This document shows positions 43,908 to 61,328 of a DNA stretch of 64,000 bases, piece after piece (position 1 is the stretch's first letter; each line of letters begins with the position of its first letter). Origin of the DNA: Scenedesmus sp. PABB004 (Eukaryota); assembly GCA_014905635.1 (NCBI GenBank), contig JABVCE010000005.1:1178001-1242000 (forward strand). The letters are read 5' to 3'. The position numbers and the translations under genes are program-made. Under the pieces are notes generated by a model. It did no database searches and was not told the DNA's origin. It saw only the letters and a list, made by a program, of their open reading frames with translations.

Positions 43908-44402
43908 CGCGTGGCGGCGGCGCGGCGAAGAAAGAACAACAACCTGGGATGAGGGAAGGGGCCTGGCTGGGGGGTGTGCAGCGAGCGCTCCGATGATCGG
44001 GGCGGCGGGGGTCATCGACGCGGACCCGGGGTCAACCTGGAACAGGCTGGCGCTGCTGCGTGCCGCGCGGTGACCCGTAAATTCTACAGCGAGTCTGCAG
44101 AGCGCGGCCGGGCGCCAAGTGGGTTGAGCCGAGCGCGTGACGCTCGAAAACACGCCGCGCCGCCGGGAGCGTCGCATGCGCCGCCGCCCTTGCCGCGCGC
44201 TCGCCGCTCGCTTTTCGCCGTCCCTGTCGTCCCCCAGTGCGCCAGAAAGCGCGTTTCGCCGCGATGGCATCGGGCGCTTGCATATGCTTGGCACCGACCT
44301 GTGGCCATTCACTCGCGCCCTGGCGCTAGCCGCGCCCTCCGCCCGCGCGCCGCATAGCACCCACACGTGACGGGCGCGCAGGAGCCGCGGCGCGCGGGCG
44401 CG

Positions 44403-45812
44403 ATGTCGCCGCCGCAGCTGCGACGGGTCGCGGCCGCAGCCGCGCTCGCGGCGCTCCTGGCGCTGCTCGCCACCCGCAACGGCGCGACGCCGTGGCAGGG
44501 CTCGTGGCAGCAGGGCTCGTGGCGCGCCCTGCTGCTGAGCGGCGGCGGCGCGCCGGCGGCGCTGCGTCTCGCTCGCAGTGGCGGCGCCGCTGCGCGCGCT
44601 GCGCCGCGCGGCGCGGCGGAGCCGCCGCTGGCCTTCCAGCCCGGCCAGGAGTGGTTCAAGATCGTGCAGGTCGCCGACACGCAGCTCGGGGATCGCGCGT
44701 GCGCCGGGCGTGGGTTCGACGCGCGCGGCGGGCGCGAGCTGGCGGCGCTGCTCCGGGACGAGGAGGCGGACGGCGGCATCGACCTTGTGGTGCACACCGG
44801 GGTGAGCGGGGCGGCACGCCGCCGCCGCCGCACGAAGCGAGCGCGCGCCGCAGCCGCCGCAGCCGGCCGCGTGGCGCGCAGCACAGCACGCCCACGCGCC
44901 CCGCGCGCCGCGCCGCGGCACCAGGACGTCATTCACGGCGACACCGTGCTGCCAGGCGACGCCGGGGCCTGGGCGGCGCGCGCGCTCGCGCCGGCGGCGC
45001 GCTTCCGCGTCGCGGGCGTGCTCGGCAACCACGACGCGCCGCGGCGGGACGTGCTCGCCGCGCTGCGCGACCTGCCGCGCAGCGTCGTCCCGACCGTGCG
45101 CGACCTGCCGGCCGGCCCCGCCGGCCCGCGCTCGGTGTACGAGCTGCCCGTGCTGCCCGCCCCCGGCGCGGGGCGCGCCGCGGCGCGGCTGATCTTCTTG
45201 GACACCGGCGGCGCGGGCGAGCCGGAGGGCGTCGCGCCGCGCACGCTGGAGTGGCTCGAGGCGCTCGCGGCCAACGCCACCACCACCTCGCGCGCGCCGC
45301 GCCCGCCGCCGGCGCTGCTGTTTCAGCACATCCCGCCGGCGGAGATGCCCGCCGCGTGGGCCGCGCGCGCCGGCGGGCGCTGCGCGTCGAGCCCCTTTGG
45401 CTCCGCGGGCGAGCCCGCGAGCGGCGCGGCGGCGCCCGACGCGGCGCGCCTGCGGGATGTCCTGGAGCGCCTGGGCGTGCGCGCGGCCGCGTTTGGGCAC
45501 GACCACGCCAACGCGGCCTGCTGCCCCGTGGGCGCGGCGCCGTGGTGGGCGTGCTACGGCGTGCAGGGTGGCTACGGCGCCTACTACCTGGGCGATGACC
45601 TCGCCACCGGCCACACCTGCGCGCGCTGGTGGGCGGTCTCGCGCCGCGCGCCCCGCGCCGCGCCGCGCGGCGTGCGCGTGTTTGCGCTCGCGCGCGACGG
45701 GCGCCTGCGCACGCACACGCGCCTGCACGACGCCGCGAGCGGCGCGACCTGGCGCAGCGCCGCGACAGACCTGGCGGCGCCGCCGCCGCGCGTCGCCGCC
45801 GAGGGGCGGTGA
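44403..45812 (+). CDS. Calcineurin-like metallophosphoesterase (Dcr2/PAP14-16-28-29-like) with signal/anchor peptide
   Basis: FKIVQVADTQLG, LVVHTG|DVI (intron 44802-44924), GNHD, FLDTG, FQHIP, FGHDHAN, GGYG, RGVRVF. Confidence 0.85.
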   Translation: MSPPQLRRVAAAAALAALLALLATRNGATPWQGSWQQGSWRALLLSGGGAPAALRLARSGGAAARAAPRGAAEPPLAFQPGQEWFKIVQVADTQLGDRACAGRGFDARGGRELAALLRDEEADGGIDLVVHTGVSGAARRRRRTKRARAAAAAAGRVARSTARPRAPRAAPRHQDVIHGDTVLPGDAGAWAARALAPAARFRVAGVLGNHDAPRRDVLAALRDLPRSVVPTVRDLPAGPAGPRSVYELPVLPAPGAGRAAARLIFLDTGGAGEPEGVAPRTLEWLEALAANATTTSRAPRPPPALLFQHIPPAEMPAAWAARAGGRCASSPFGSAGEPASGAAAPDAARLRDVLERLGVRAAAFGHDHANAACCPVGAAPWWACYGVQGGYGAYYLGDDLATGHTCARWWAVSRRAPRAAPRGVRVFALARDGRLRTHTRLHDAASGATWRSAATDLAAPPPRVAAEGR

Positions 45813-46268
45813 GGCGCGGCTGGCGTCGCACGCGAGTGAACGCAACCGTGTGAATGCATTGTGTGTTGCATCGTGCTCGCCCGCCATCGGCCTTGATCGC
45901 TGGGCCAGAGCGCGCGTGTGTATCATGAGACGTGGCGACGCCGCGCTGCGCTGCGACCGCGTACGCGCGTGCGCGCGCCCTCGGAGCGGGCGCTCACTGA
46001 TGCGTGCGGAGGGAGGGACTCCTGTGTGCACTCTGGTGCCGGGACGCCATGGTGTCTCTGGCCAGCGGCGGGGCGCATTGCCCGGCCGGCTGCATCTGCG
46101 CTCGGAGCCCGCTGGCGCCGCGCCTCAATTGACGAGGACCTAGCTGTTGACGCACGGCGAGATTGATTGATTGATCGAGGAGGCCGGCCTGGGCGCTGGC
46201 GGCGGCGCTGGCGCTTGCAGCACACGCCGGCGTGTGACGCTTCGAGCGCGCGCATACCGCGGTTTCAG

Positions 46269-47059
46269 TCAGTATTCGAAGAAGCTCACGCGCGCGACGA
46301 CGAGCAGCGTCAGCAGCTCCAGCGCCGCGGGCAGCGCGTTGAAGGCCAGCACAAACCCCAGCAGCGCGCCCGCAGACCACGCCTGGCGCGGCGACCGCGC
46401 GCGGCGGCCAGCAGGCGCTCGACTGGCTGCCACCGCCAGCCGGCCCAGCGGTGGCGCGCAGCTTGCCGCACCTGGGTGTACATGAGCCCCGTCACGACGG
46501 CGCCGGCGGCGTGCAGCGCGATGTAGAGCACGCAGTGCCCGCGCATGAAGAGCGACACGCCCGCAAACAGCCCCACGTACTCGACCGCGAAGCACGCGAT
46601 CGCGGCGTACACCAGGCTGCTCAGCCTGCGGCGCGGCGCGGCGCGGCGCGGCGCGGCGGCAGGGCGTGGAGCCGCGGTGCGGCGGGCGCCACCGGCGGCG
46701 CCGCGGCCGGCGCCGCTGCCGGGCGGAGACGTACTGCCGCGTGAGGCCGTCGAGCGCGGCGGCGCTGTACAGCGTCGGCTCCGTGCTGTCCGCCAGCAAG
46801 ATCTGGCTGGCCAGCGTGCGCTGCGGCGGCGGCGGCGGCGGTGAGCGCGGCTGTGCTGTTGGTGATGGCGGCCGGGTTGACCGGCTCACCACATCGAACA
46901 GAATCGTCAGCACCGCCACAAAGTGCGCCGTGGTCGCCAGGAATCGCGCTGGCAGCGTTATCTGCGTGCGTGGGGGCGCGGGTGCGCGCCAGCGGCCCGC
47001 CGAGCAGCGCAGCGGCGCCGGCGACGCGCTCGCACCTCCTCCGCCGCGCGGTAGCCCAT
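46269..47059 (-). CDS. TMEM107: Ciliary transition-zone protein TMEM107, 5 exons
   Basis: Spliced MGYRAAEE|ITLPARFLATTAHFVAVLTILFD...CFAVEYVGLFAGVSLF...IALHAAGAV...W...FNALPAALE matches the TMEM107 pattern (PxRFL..AH; E..G...GVS.F; H; W; LPA..E). Confidence 0.85.
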
Positions 47060-47285
47060 CGCTCGCGGCTGCTCGCGAGGCGGTCCGGTGACGCGCGCGC
47101 CCAACGCACGGCGCCTGCGGCGACGTCCGCGAACTAGAGACGGGGCGACGCGCGGCGAGCGTTGAGCTGATGCTGCGCAGGTGCTCGAGCTGGTGCGGCA
47201 CACGCCTGGCTGTGAAGGCTGGTTGCGCAGCCAGCCACTCCTGCACGGTTGATTGCTGGCGCGGCCTGAGTTGCGTGAACCCCGG

Positions 47286-48476
47286 TCACCCGCCCGGCGC
47301 GGCCGCGCTGCGCGTGATGCGCCAGATGCTGAAGCCACCGCCGGCAATCGCCGCCCGGCAATCGAGCCCCGCGCCGCGCAGCGCGCCCAGCAGCTCCGCG
47401 TCGAGCGCGGCGTGGCGGTGCTTGTGCGCCAGCAGGAAGCAGCCCGCGCCACACGCAGCCCGCGGCGGTGGCGACGACGGCGGCAGCAGAGCCGCAACGA
47501 GGCGCGCCACGGGCGCGACCTGGCGCGGGTTGTGCACGAGGTCGGCACCCAGCGCGACGTCCCAGGCCTGGCACAGCAGGCCACCCGCCTCGCAGGCGCA
47601 GGACGGCGCGTCCCAGTCGAGCGGCGCCGCCGCCGCGCTGCCGCCCGCGGCAGCGACGAGCGCGGCGTTAGCCGCAACGCTCCGGCACAGCAGCGGCTGC
47701 AGCGCCGGCAGGTCTGTCAGCGTCACGCGTGCGCCGAGCGCGGCGGCAGCGATGCCGACCAGGCCTGCGCCAGCGCCGACCTCGAGCACGCGCGCGCCGG
47801 TGAGGCGCGGGCAGCCCGCCGCGCTGCTTTGCACGGGCTCTTGCTGTGCCTGCGCCTGCTCCTGCGTCTGCTCCTGCTGCAGTTCGTGCTGCCCCACCAG
47901 CCAGCGGGCGAGCACGACGCCCGCGTCCCAGACCTTGGCGCTGCCAGGGCCGAGCCCCCCGTCTGCGCGCGAGCGGCGCGCGCAGGCGCGGCCGTCGGCG
48001 GCGGCAGCGGCGCGTGGCGGCGCGCGGCGGCGCAGTGCCTCACCCGCGCCGCCGCTGACGCGCAGGCCGGGCAGGCCCACCAGCCGCCCCAGCTCCTCCG
48101 CCGCGAGGGCCTCCGCCTCGGCGAGCTCCTCGGCCAGGCCGGGCTGGTCGGTGGGGTCGAGCGACAGGCTCATGGCGAACGACGCGTGCGCGGCGCGCGG
48201 CGCGCCCGCGTTGCGCTGCGCGCGCGCGAGCGTCGCCCACGCCGGCGCCCAGCGCGGCGCGGCGGCGACCGCGGCCTCCGCCGCGGCGAGCGCCTCGCGG
48301 TCAGCCTCGAGCTCCATGAGGCACTGCGCGAGCTGCTCGTGCAGAGTCGCGTCGCCCGGCGCGAGCGCGGCCGCGGCCGCAAAGCTCGTCGCGGCCGCCG
48401 CAAACTCGCCGCGCTCCGCCGCCGCGACCGCCGCGCTGCGCAGCCACTCCTGCTGCGCCACCGCCTGTGCAGCCAT
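47286..48476 (-). CDS. TPR-repeat plus METTL21/family-16 lysine methyltransferase
   Basis: N-terminal TPR-like helices (LHEQLAQCLMEL..A..AV..APRWAPAWATLARAQ), then KVWDAGVVLARWL, VLEVGAGAGLVGI, LTDL, LDW, GADLVH. Intron 48043-47963. Confidence 0.85.
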   Translation of the reverse strand: MAAQAVAQQEWLRSAAVAAAERGEFAAAATSFAAAAALAPGDATLHEQLAQCLMELEADREALAAAEAAVAAAPRWAPAWATLARAQRNAGAPRAAHASFAMSLSLDPTDQPGLAEELAEAEALAAEELGRLVGLPGLRVSGGAGEALRRRAPPRAAAAADGRACARRSRADGGLGPGSAKVWDAGVVLARWLVGQHELQQEQTQEQAQAQQEPVQSSAAGCPRLTGARVLEVGAGAGLVGIAAAALGARVTLTDLPALQPLLCRSVAANAALVAAAGGSAAAAPLDWDAPSCACEAGGLLCQAWDVALGADLVHNPRQVAPVARLVAALLPPSSPPPRAACGAGCFLLAHKHRHAALDAELLGALRGAGLDCRAAIAGGGFSIWRITRSAAAPGG

Positions 48477-48589
48477 GATGGGCTGTGTGGGGCAGCCGGC
48501 GGCAGCCGCGGCAGCCGCGGGCCAGGGCGCAGCGCGGCGGGCGGCGGCGGCGTCCAGCAGCGGCCGCGCGCGGGCGCAGCACACTGCAC

Positions 48590-48621
<32 letters not shown>

Positions 48622-48960
48622 CCTGCGTGCCTGCGTGCGTGTGTGGGGGCGGGTGGGCAAGGGGGCGGGGGCAGAAACTGATGCGCCTGGGGCATGCGGC
48701 GCCAAAAGCGCAGGCGCAGCGGCGGCGGCGTGCCGGCGCCGGCGCGCCCCGCGTCTCCTTGCCCTTGCCGAGATCGGAGTCTCCCCCGATCGCTCACCGA
48801 TCGCGCTGCGGCTGTCCCGGTCGAGAGGCGCCCACCGCACGGCAGCAGCAGCAGCAGCAGCAGCGCCCGCCGCCGGCGCCCGCCAGCTGCCGCCTGCCGC
48901 GCCTGGCTCGCCCCGCGGCCCTGGGCGCTCACATCCCGCGGCCGGCGGGCGCGTGACGCC

Positions 48961-49732
48961 ATGGTGCGCCGCGGCGGCTGGGCGGCGCAGCAGCAGCAGC
49001 GGCCTCGCCGCGCCAGCTCCAGCCGCGACCGCTCGCTGGCGCCGCCGCCGCGCGCCGCAGGACCCCACCTACAGCCGCATGGTGAACGACCTGGAGGCGG
49101 TCAAGGGCGCGACCCCGGGTTGGCTCTCGAACGAGGGCGCCTTCGATCGCGACGACATCCGCTTCCTGCGGGAGAAGGAGGCCGCGCAGCGCGCGACCGA
49201 GGCGCGGCAGCGCGAGGCCGAGGCCGAGGCGTACGCCGAGGCGCTTGCGCGCGCGCAGCGCGAGGCGGCGGCGGCCGAGGCGGCGCGCGGCGCGCGCCAG
49301 CCGGCGGCCGCGCCGCCCGGCGCCAGCAGGGCGGCAGCGCCGCCGGGCGTCCGGGCCAAGCCGGCGGCGGCGCCCCTGGCCGCGGCCATCCGGCCCAAGG
49401 TCGTCCCGCGCGGCGCCAAGGCGGCGGCGCCGGCGGCTGCGGCGGGCGCGCAGGAGAGCAAGCGGCCGCGGCTCGCGTCGCCGGAGCCGGCGGCGGCGGC
49501 GCCCGCGCCAGCGGCGGCGGCGCCAGCGGCGGCGGTGGGCGCGCCGGCCCTGGCGGGGCTGCTGGGCGCGTACGACAGCGACGACGACGGGAGTGAGGAG
49601 CAGCCGCAGGAGCAGCAGGAGCAGCAGCAGCAACGAGAGCAGGCACAGCAGCAGCGAGGGCAGGGCGAGGCGCAGCGGCCGCCGCTGCCGTCGGCGGCTG
49701 AGCTGCTCGAGGGCGTCGTGCCGGGCAGCTAG
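48961..49732 (+). CDS. Small NIP30/FAM192A-like hypothetical protein; first coding exon is the ATG alone
   Basis: gccATG|gtgcgc...cgcag|GAC (intron 48964-49060); FDRDDIRFLREKE plus coiled coil; C-terminal LAGLLGAYDSDDD. Family call tentative. Confidence 0.6.
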
Positions 49733-49949
49733 GTGCACACGGCGACTGAGCGTGGGCTCGCGGGGCGCGTCCGAGCCTGCAACGCGCCCGACGGCGACCG
49801 CGCCCACGCCGCGCGCGCAAAGCCGCCAGGGCCCAGCGGGCGCGGGCCGCGTCGCCGCCGCGCCGACGCAGCCACGTCGCCGCTCGCTCGCCGCCGGGGC
49901 TGCTCTCGGACCAGCGCCGCACGCGTGTGGCAAGCACAAGGGGCCCGAG

Positions 49950-57344
<7,395 letters not shown>

Positions 57345-57997
57345 CGCGCCGCCAGGCGGCAAAGCGGCGGTGGCGCGGCGGCGCGGTTGGGGAGGGCGCG
57401 GTTGGGGAGGGCGGCGGGCGGGCGGGGCGGGGCCGCGCGGGGGCGCGCGGCGCGCGGGCGGGCGGGGAGGGGCGGCGGGCAGGGCGGGGCCTCTCTTGGC
57501 GGCGCGGCGGGGGGGCGGCGGCCGCGCGGCGGGCGGGCCCTCGCTCGCAGGGCGGTGCTGCGTGTGCAGGCGCCGGCCGGCGCGCGACGGCGCGCGGCCG
57601 GCGGCAGCACGCTGCCCAACTCGGGGCTGTCGTGTGCGCGTGGTGTTGCAGGGTGTCCGCGCGCCCTTGCGCGCGCCGCGCGTGTGTCTGGGCACCGCTC
57701 GCGGCCGCGCGCCGCTGGGCCGGCTGGCGGGGCGCGCGCGGCGGCGGCAGCAGCTGGCACTGGTCGGGTCACGGCGGCGGCGCAGGTTTTAACTCTAGTA
57801 GGTGCGGCGACTCTAGTAGACGGCGGGACACCGCCCCGCCCCACAGCCGCCCCGCACGGCCGCCTCGCGAGCGAGCACGCAGCGCTCTGCCAGCGTCGAC
57901 GCAGCAGCGGCGGCGGCGCGCACGCCGCGCCGAGGCACACACACAGCCCCGCCTCGATCGTGCCGCGAGATCGCCACAGTCCGCCGCTGTCGGCGCC

Positions 57998-59456
57998 ATG
58001 CGGCGGGCTCTGCACCTCGCGCTGGCGGGCGGCGGCGGGTGCGGCGCGCCGACATTCAGCGGCCCGCGCGCGCCGATCAGCGCGCGTCGCCGCCTGGACC
58101 ACGTCTGCAGACGGCCTCCCCCCGCCGCACCCGCACCGCAGGCTGCGCCAGGCGCTGCCGCTGGCGGTGAGCGCGTCGCCGCAGCAGCAGCGCGCGTCGC
58201 CGCAGCAGCAGCGCTGTCTCCACGGGCCGCCGACGCAGGGCGAGCTCGCGCCGCAGCCGCGGCAGCAGCAGGCGCAGCGGGACCTGACCTGGCCGCAGCA
58301 GCGGGGCCCGACGCAAGGCCAGCAGGAGCAGCAGCAGCAGGTCAGCTGGGGCGCTGCGCCCGGCGGCGTTTCGGTCACCTTCCCCCGCGTCGGCAGCGAC
58401 CTCTGGCGCGTCACCTTCAGCGGCAACGCCTGGTGGGCTGTCGCCGGCGGCGGCGGCGTTGCTGGCGGCGGCGGCGTTGCTGGCGGCGGCGGAGGCGGCG
58501 GCAGCGCGCCGGCCTCCTGGGAGGAGCTCGTGGCGGGCAGCGCGCAGCTGCAGCAGCAGTTTGACTACGCCGGCCCCGGCGCGTGGGAGTACGTCGACGC
58601 CGACGGCGAGCTCGTGCTCGGCCGGCGGCGGCACGTCTGGCGCGCCGAGCCGGGCCCGCGGCCGGCCGCCAACCGCCTCGCACGCGCCGCGGCGGCGCAC
58701 CGCCTGTCGGCGCGCCCGGGGCGGCGCCGGCGCCCGCCATCGCGGCACGACCGGCGCTTCCGGCTGCGCAGCCACCCCAGCGTCGCGGGCGCGGGCGCCG
58801 GGATCCGTGCGCGCGCGTGCGCGGCGCCCTGCGGCTGCGACGCCGGCGCTGCGGCTGGCCCGAGCGCGGCGGGGCTGCTGCCGGACGGCGTCGTGCCACT
58901 GCCGCTTGGCCCCCGCGACGGCGAGGCGCGGCGCGCGGCGGAGGCCTATGCGCAGCAGCTGGGCCGCGTGTTGCAGTGGCGCAACGACGGCAGCAGCAGC
59001 AGCGGCAGCGGCGACGTCGGCGGCGAGGAGTGCGCGGCGCCGGCGACGGGCGCGGCGGGGCGCCGGCGCCGCGCGCTGGGCGCGCCGCGGTGGGACGACA
59101 GCGCGGGCGGCTGCGCGACGCCGGAGCGCGCGACGCCGGAGCGCGTCGCGCAGCAGCTGGGCGTGCGGCTCGTGCTGCTGGCCGACGGCGCGGGCGCGGC
59201 GCGGCCGGCCTGGCCGGGCGCCGGCCGCGACCACGTGGGCGCGCGCAGCGACGACGACGACGGCGACGACGACGAGGATGACGGCGGCTTTTGCAGCGAC
59301 GCGACAGAGTTTGACGTTGAGGAGGATTCGAACGACGCCGACCACGACGACTGGCGGGGCGCGGCGCGCCGCAGCGGCGTCGAGCCGCCTGCGCGCGTGT
59401 TCCGCGGCGCGCGCGGCCTCCTCTTCGGCTTCTGGGCGCGCGCGCCGCTCGGCTAG
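57998..59456 (+). CDS. Hypothetical protein, 2 exons
   Basis: gccATG at 57998; intron 58039-58141 joins it in phase to a long coding-like frame ending TAG at 59456; TGTAA at 59492. No family recognised. Confidence 0.6.
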
Positions 59457-59915
59457 CGTGTTGTTGTACCACTGTTCCCGGCCAGGCCGTGTGTAAACCA
59501 AACCAGAGTCCGCGCCGCGGTGCTGCAGCCGCGCGCGCGCCCAGGCTGTAGCGCCGCCGCCCCGCTGCTCCAGCTCCACCCACGCTTCGCGCTGCACTTG
59601 TTGAGTTGTCAGCCTCCTCACGAGCTCTGTCTCCCGTCGCTGCGCCTTCCAGCGACGCGCCGTCGACGGCGTGCAAGCTGCACAAGCCGTTCTCGCTCAA
59701 GCCAACGAGCAGGTCCGCGCGCCATCTGAACAGCTTTCTTGACACTGCTCCGAGCTCTGGGCGCGGCGACGGGCCCTGGCGCGGCCGCCGCGCCGCCGGC
59801 CAGCGCCGCGCTGCTGCTCGTGGCGCGCCAGCCGCCGCCCGCTCAACCCCGTTTGCTCGCTGGCCCGCTCCCCGCTCACATCTGGACCGCCCCTGCGCCC
59901 CTGCCGCAGGCCGGC

Positions 59916-60774
59916 ATGGCCCGCCCCGAGCGCGCGAACAGCTTCTCGGGCATTGCCCACCACCAGCCGCCCGGCGGGCGCAGCAGCATAAGCTTTGGCT
60001 ACGGCGCGCCGCCGCCGCCGAGCCCGGGCCCGGCGCGCGGCGGCGGCGGCTACAGGCGCGGCCCGCCGCCGGCCGAGCCGCCGGCGTGGCAGGTGGGCCG
60101 CGCGCGGCGGTGCCGGCGCCAGCGACGCCGCGCGGCGCGCTGTGTGCGCGCGCGCTCACACCGCCCGCGCGCCCGCCGCGCAGACGTCCAGCCGCGCCGA
60201 GTCAGCCACCGCCAGCCAGCCGGCCTCGCCTGGCTGGTCACCCAGCGCCTCGCAGGGCCGCCATCAGACGTACGGCGACGGCCAGGCGGCCTATGGCGGC
60301 GGCGACGGCGCCTGGAGCGGCGGCGGTGGCTGGGCTGCGGGGACGCAGGGCTACGACGGGTACAGCCCTGAGATGAAGCAACTCATGGCGCAGGTGGCCG
60401 CGAGCCAGGGCGGCGGCCGCGGCGCCACGCCGAGCTGGGAGCGCGCCGCCAGCGCGGCGCCCACCAGCGCGGGCAGCGCCGGCGGCGGCGGCTACCTTGA
60501 GCTGCTCTCCAGCAGATCTGGCGGCGGCGGCGGTGGCGGCGCAGCCTGGCCGGGCGGCGGCGGCGCCGCCGCGCCGGCTACCAGCCGCGGCGTGCGGCGC
60601 ACGGGCTCCGGCTCCGGCGCCTGGCCGGGCGGCGGCGCCGCGGCGGCGCCCGTGCCGCGGCCGGCAGCGCCCGCGCCCGGCTTTGTGGCCAGCGTCGGCG
60701 CATTTGGGGGCAAGACGATCGTCCAGCCGCCGGGCGGGCGGTGCAGCATCAACATCTTTGGCGGCGGCGCATGA
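59916..60774 (+). CDS. Gly-rich protein with two PPGG-x-S-I motifs (SPIRAL1/Jupiter/HN1-like)
   Basis: HQPPGGRSSISFG near the N-terminus and VQPPGGRCSINIFGG at the C-terminus; intron 60093-60183. Confidence 0.65.
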
Positions 60775-61328
60775 CGCGGGCCGGCGGGCGGGTGGCCGCC
60801 TGACGCGCGCGGCGGCGCGGCGGCGCTGCGACACGCGCTGCTGCCCCGGCGGCGGCGCTGCTGGGGTCGGCCGTAACTCAACGTCGTTGCGGTTACGCCT
60901 GATGCAGGCCGCCGGGCACGACGCAGCCAATGCAGTCGCCCGCCGCCGCCGCCCGCGCGCGCGCGCCCCCTGCTCCAGGGGCGGCCCCGTAGCTCCGCCC
61001 CCACTGCCAAGCCAGCGCGCGGCGGGCCTCGCGTGCGCCCGCCGCGGAGTCAAGGTCGGCCGCCGGAGCCATGGAAGATGCACACGCAACCCGGGGGCGG
61101 GGCACAGGGGGCGGCGCGCGCGGGGCGCGCGGCGCGGCGCGTGCAGCGTGGGGGCTGGTGTTGAGCAGGGAGTGCAGCTTGCGCAGACTGGTCTACAGCA
61201 TGCTCTAATCAAGTAAGCTCCGATCAAGCTCCCCGGCCGCGCGCGGCGCTCGGCACAGGAGCCCGGACACACGCACGCGCGACCGCCGCCGCGCGAGTCA
61301 CGTCGCGCGCTGGCCGGCGCCCGGGCGC

